The notes beneath the pieces were generated by a model, which was given only the letters and a program-made list of their open reading frames with translations, made no database searches and had not been told where the DNA came from. 64,000 bases of DNA. It comes from Rhina ancylostomus (Eukaryota). Positions 63,365 to 64,000 of this stretch are shown here, piece after piece. Position numbers and translations under genes: made by a program. Position 1 is the first letter of the stretch, and every line of letters starts with the position of its first letter. Location: the NCBI GenBank assembly GCA_030265395.1, contig JARFYF010000051.1:29845038-29909037 (forward strand), given 5' to 3'.

Positions 63365-63630
63365 TGTGGTTCAGAGGCACAAGTTCAAATCCCACCCCAG
63401 CAGCTGAAGAATTTAAATTCAAGTGGCTCTAAGGAATTTCATTTCATTAAACAACCAGATTATTGTAAGAACCCATCTGGGTCATCAATACCATTCATTG
63501 AAGGAAATCTTACGTGGTCTGGCGTACACGTGACTCCAGTCCCACCACTGGGGTTAACTCTGATTTCTGGGCACTTAGACATGGAGATCAAATGTTGGCA
63601 TGGCCAATGTCCTCTGAGCGAAAAAATGTT
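63365..63630 (+). mobile_element. Second tRNA-derived SINE family
   Basis: B-box-like gttcaaatccc; core acccatctgg…gaaggaaatct…tggtctggc…gtgactccag; tail similar to the LINE end at 41125-41185. Confidence 0.55.
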
Positions 63631-63649
63631 CATAGCAGACCCAGCACTA

Positions 63650-64000
63650 GCTTTTGGCATGCTGGCCTTCATCGGTCAGGGCAATGAGTGTGGAAGTTAT
63701 GTTGCAGTTGTACAAGATGCTCTTGAGGCTGTACTTGGAGTACTGTGTGCAGTTCTGGTCACCCTGCTGTAGGAAAGACACCATTAAGCTGGAAAGAGAG
63801 CAGAAAATATTTACGAGGATGTTGCCAGAACTTGAGGGTCTGGGTTACCAGGAGAAGCTGGGCTTGTTGTGACCTTGTGCCTTATTGCACTGTGCTTCCT
63901 CTGTAGCTGTGACACTTTACTCTGTATTGTTATTGTTTTTCCCTGTACTATCTCAATGCACTCTGTTCTAACTCAGTGTAATGAATTGATCTGTACGATC
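63650..64000 (+). mobile_element. CR1 fragment (to ~63870) followed by a Rex1-type 3'UTR
   Basis: LYKMLLRLYLEYCVQFWSPC; then gaccttg…gtagctgtgacactttactctg, as at 53340-53400. Confidence 0.8.

Overview
This is eukaryotic, repeat-saturated non-genic DNA with many assembly gaps (N runs, often ~100 nt). The repeat set (CR1, Rex1/Babar, RTE, Penelope, V-domain and Deu-domain SINEs) suggests a cartilaginous fish, probably a batoid; this is an inference. I found no supportable host protein-coding gene, rRNA or tRNA. Nearly every recognisable ORF is a decayed transposon fragment. Main points of interest: (i) a tRNA-Pro-primed class I-like endogenous retrovirus group, seen as internally deleted proviruses (33050-35962 +; 55037-58773 -) plus three solo LTRs; (ii) a Tf1/sushi-type Gypsy LTR with an intact 11-nt self-priming complementarity, facing a second LTR copy to form a ~1 kb inverted repeat (49043-50036); (iii) many Penelope termini with decayed minimal hammerhead-ribozyme motifs; (iv) two SINE-LINE pairs with shared 3' tails; (v) Harbinger and hAT transposase relics with nested insertions. 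All assignments come from motif recognition by eye. Boundaries are approximate unless exact termini are quoted.
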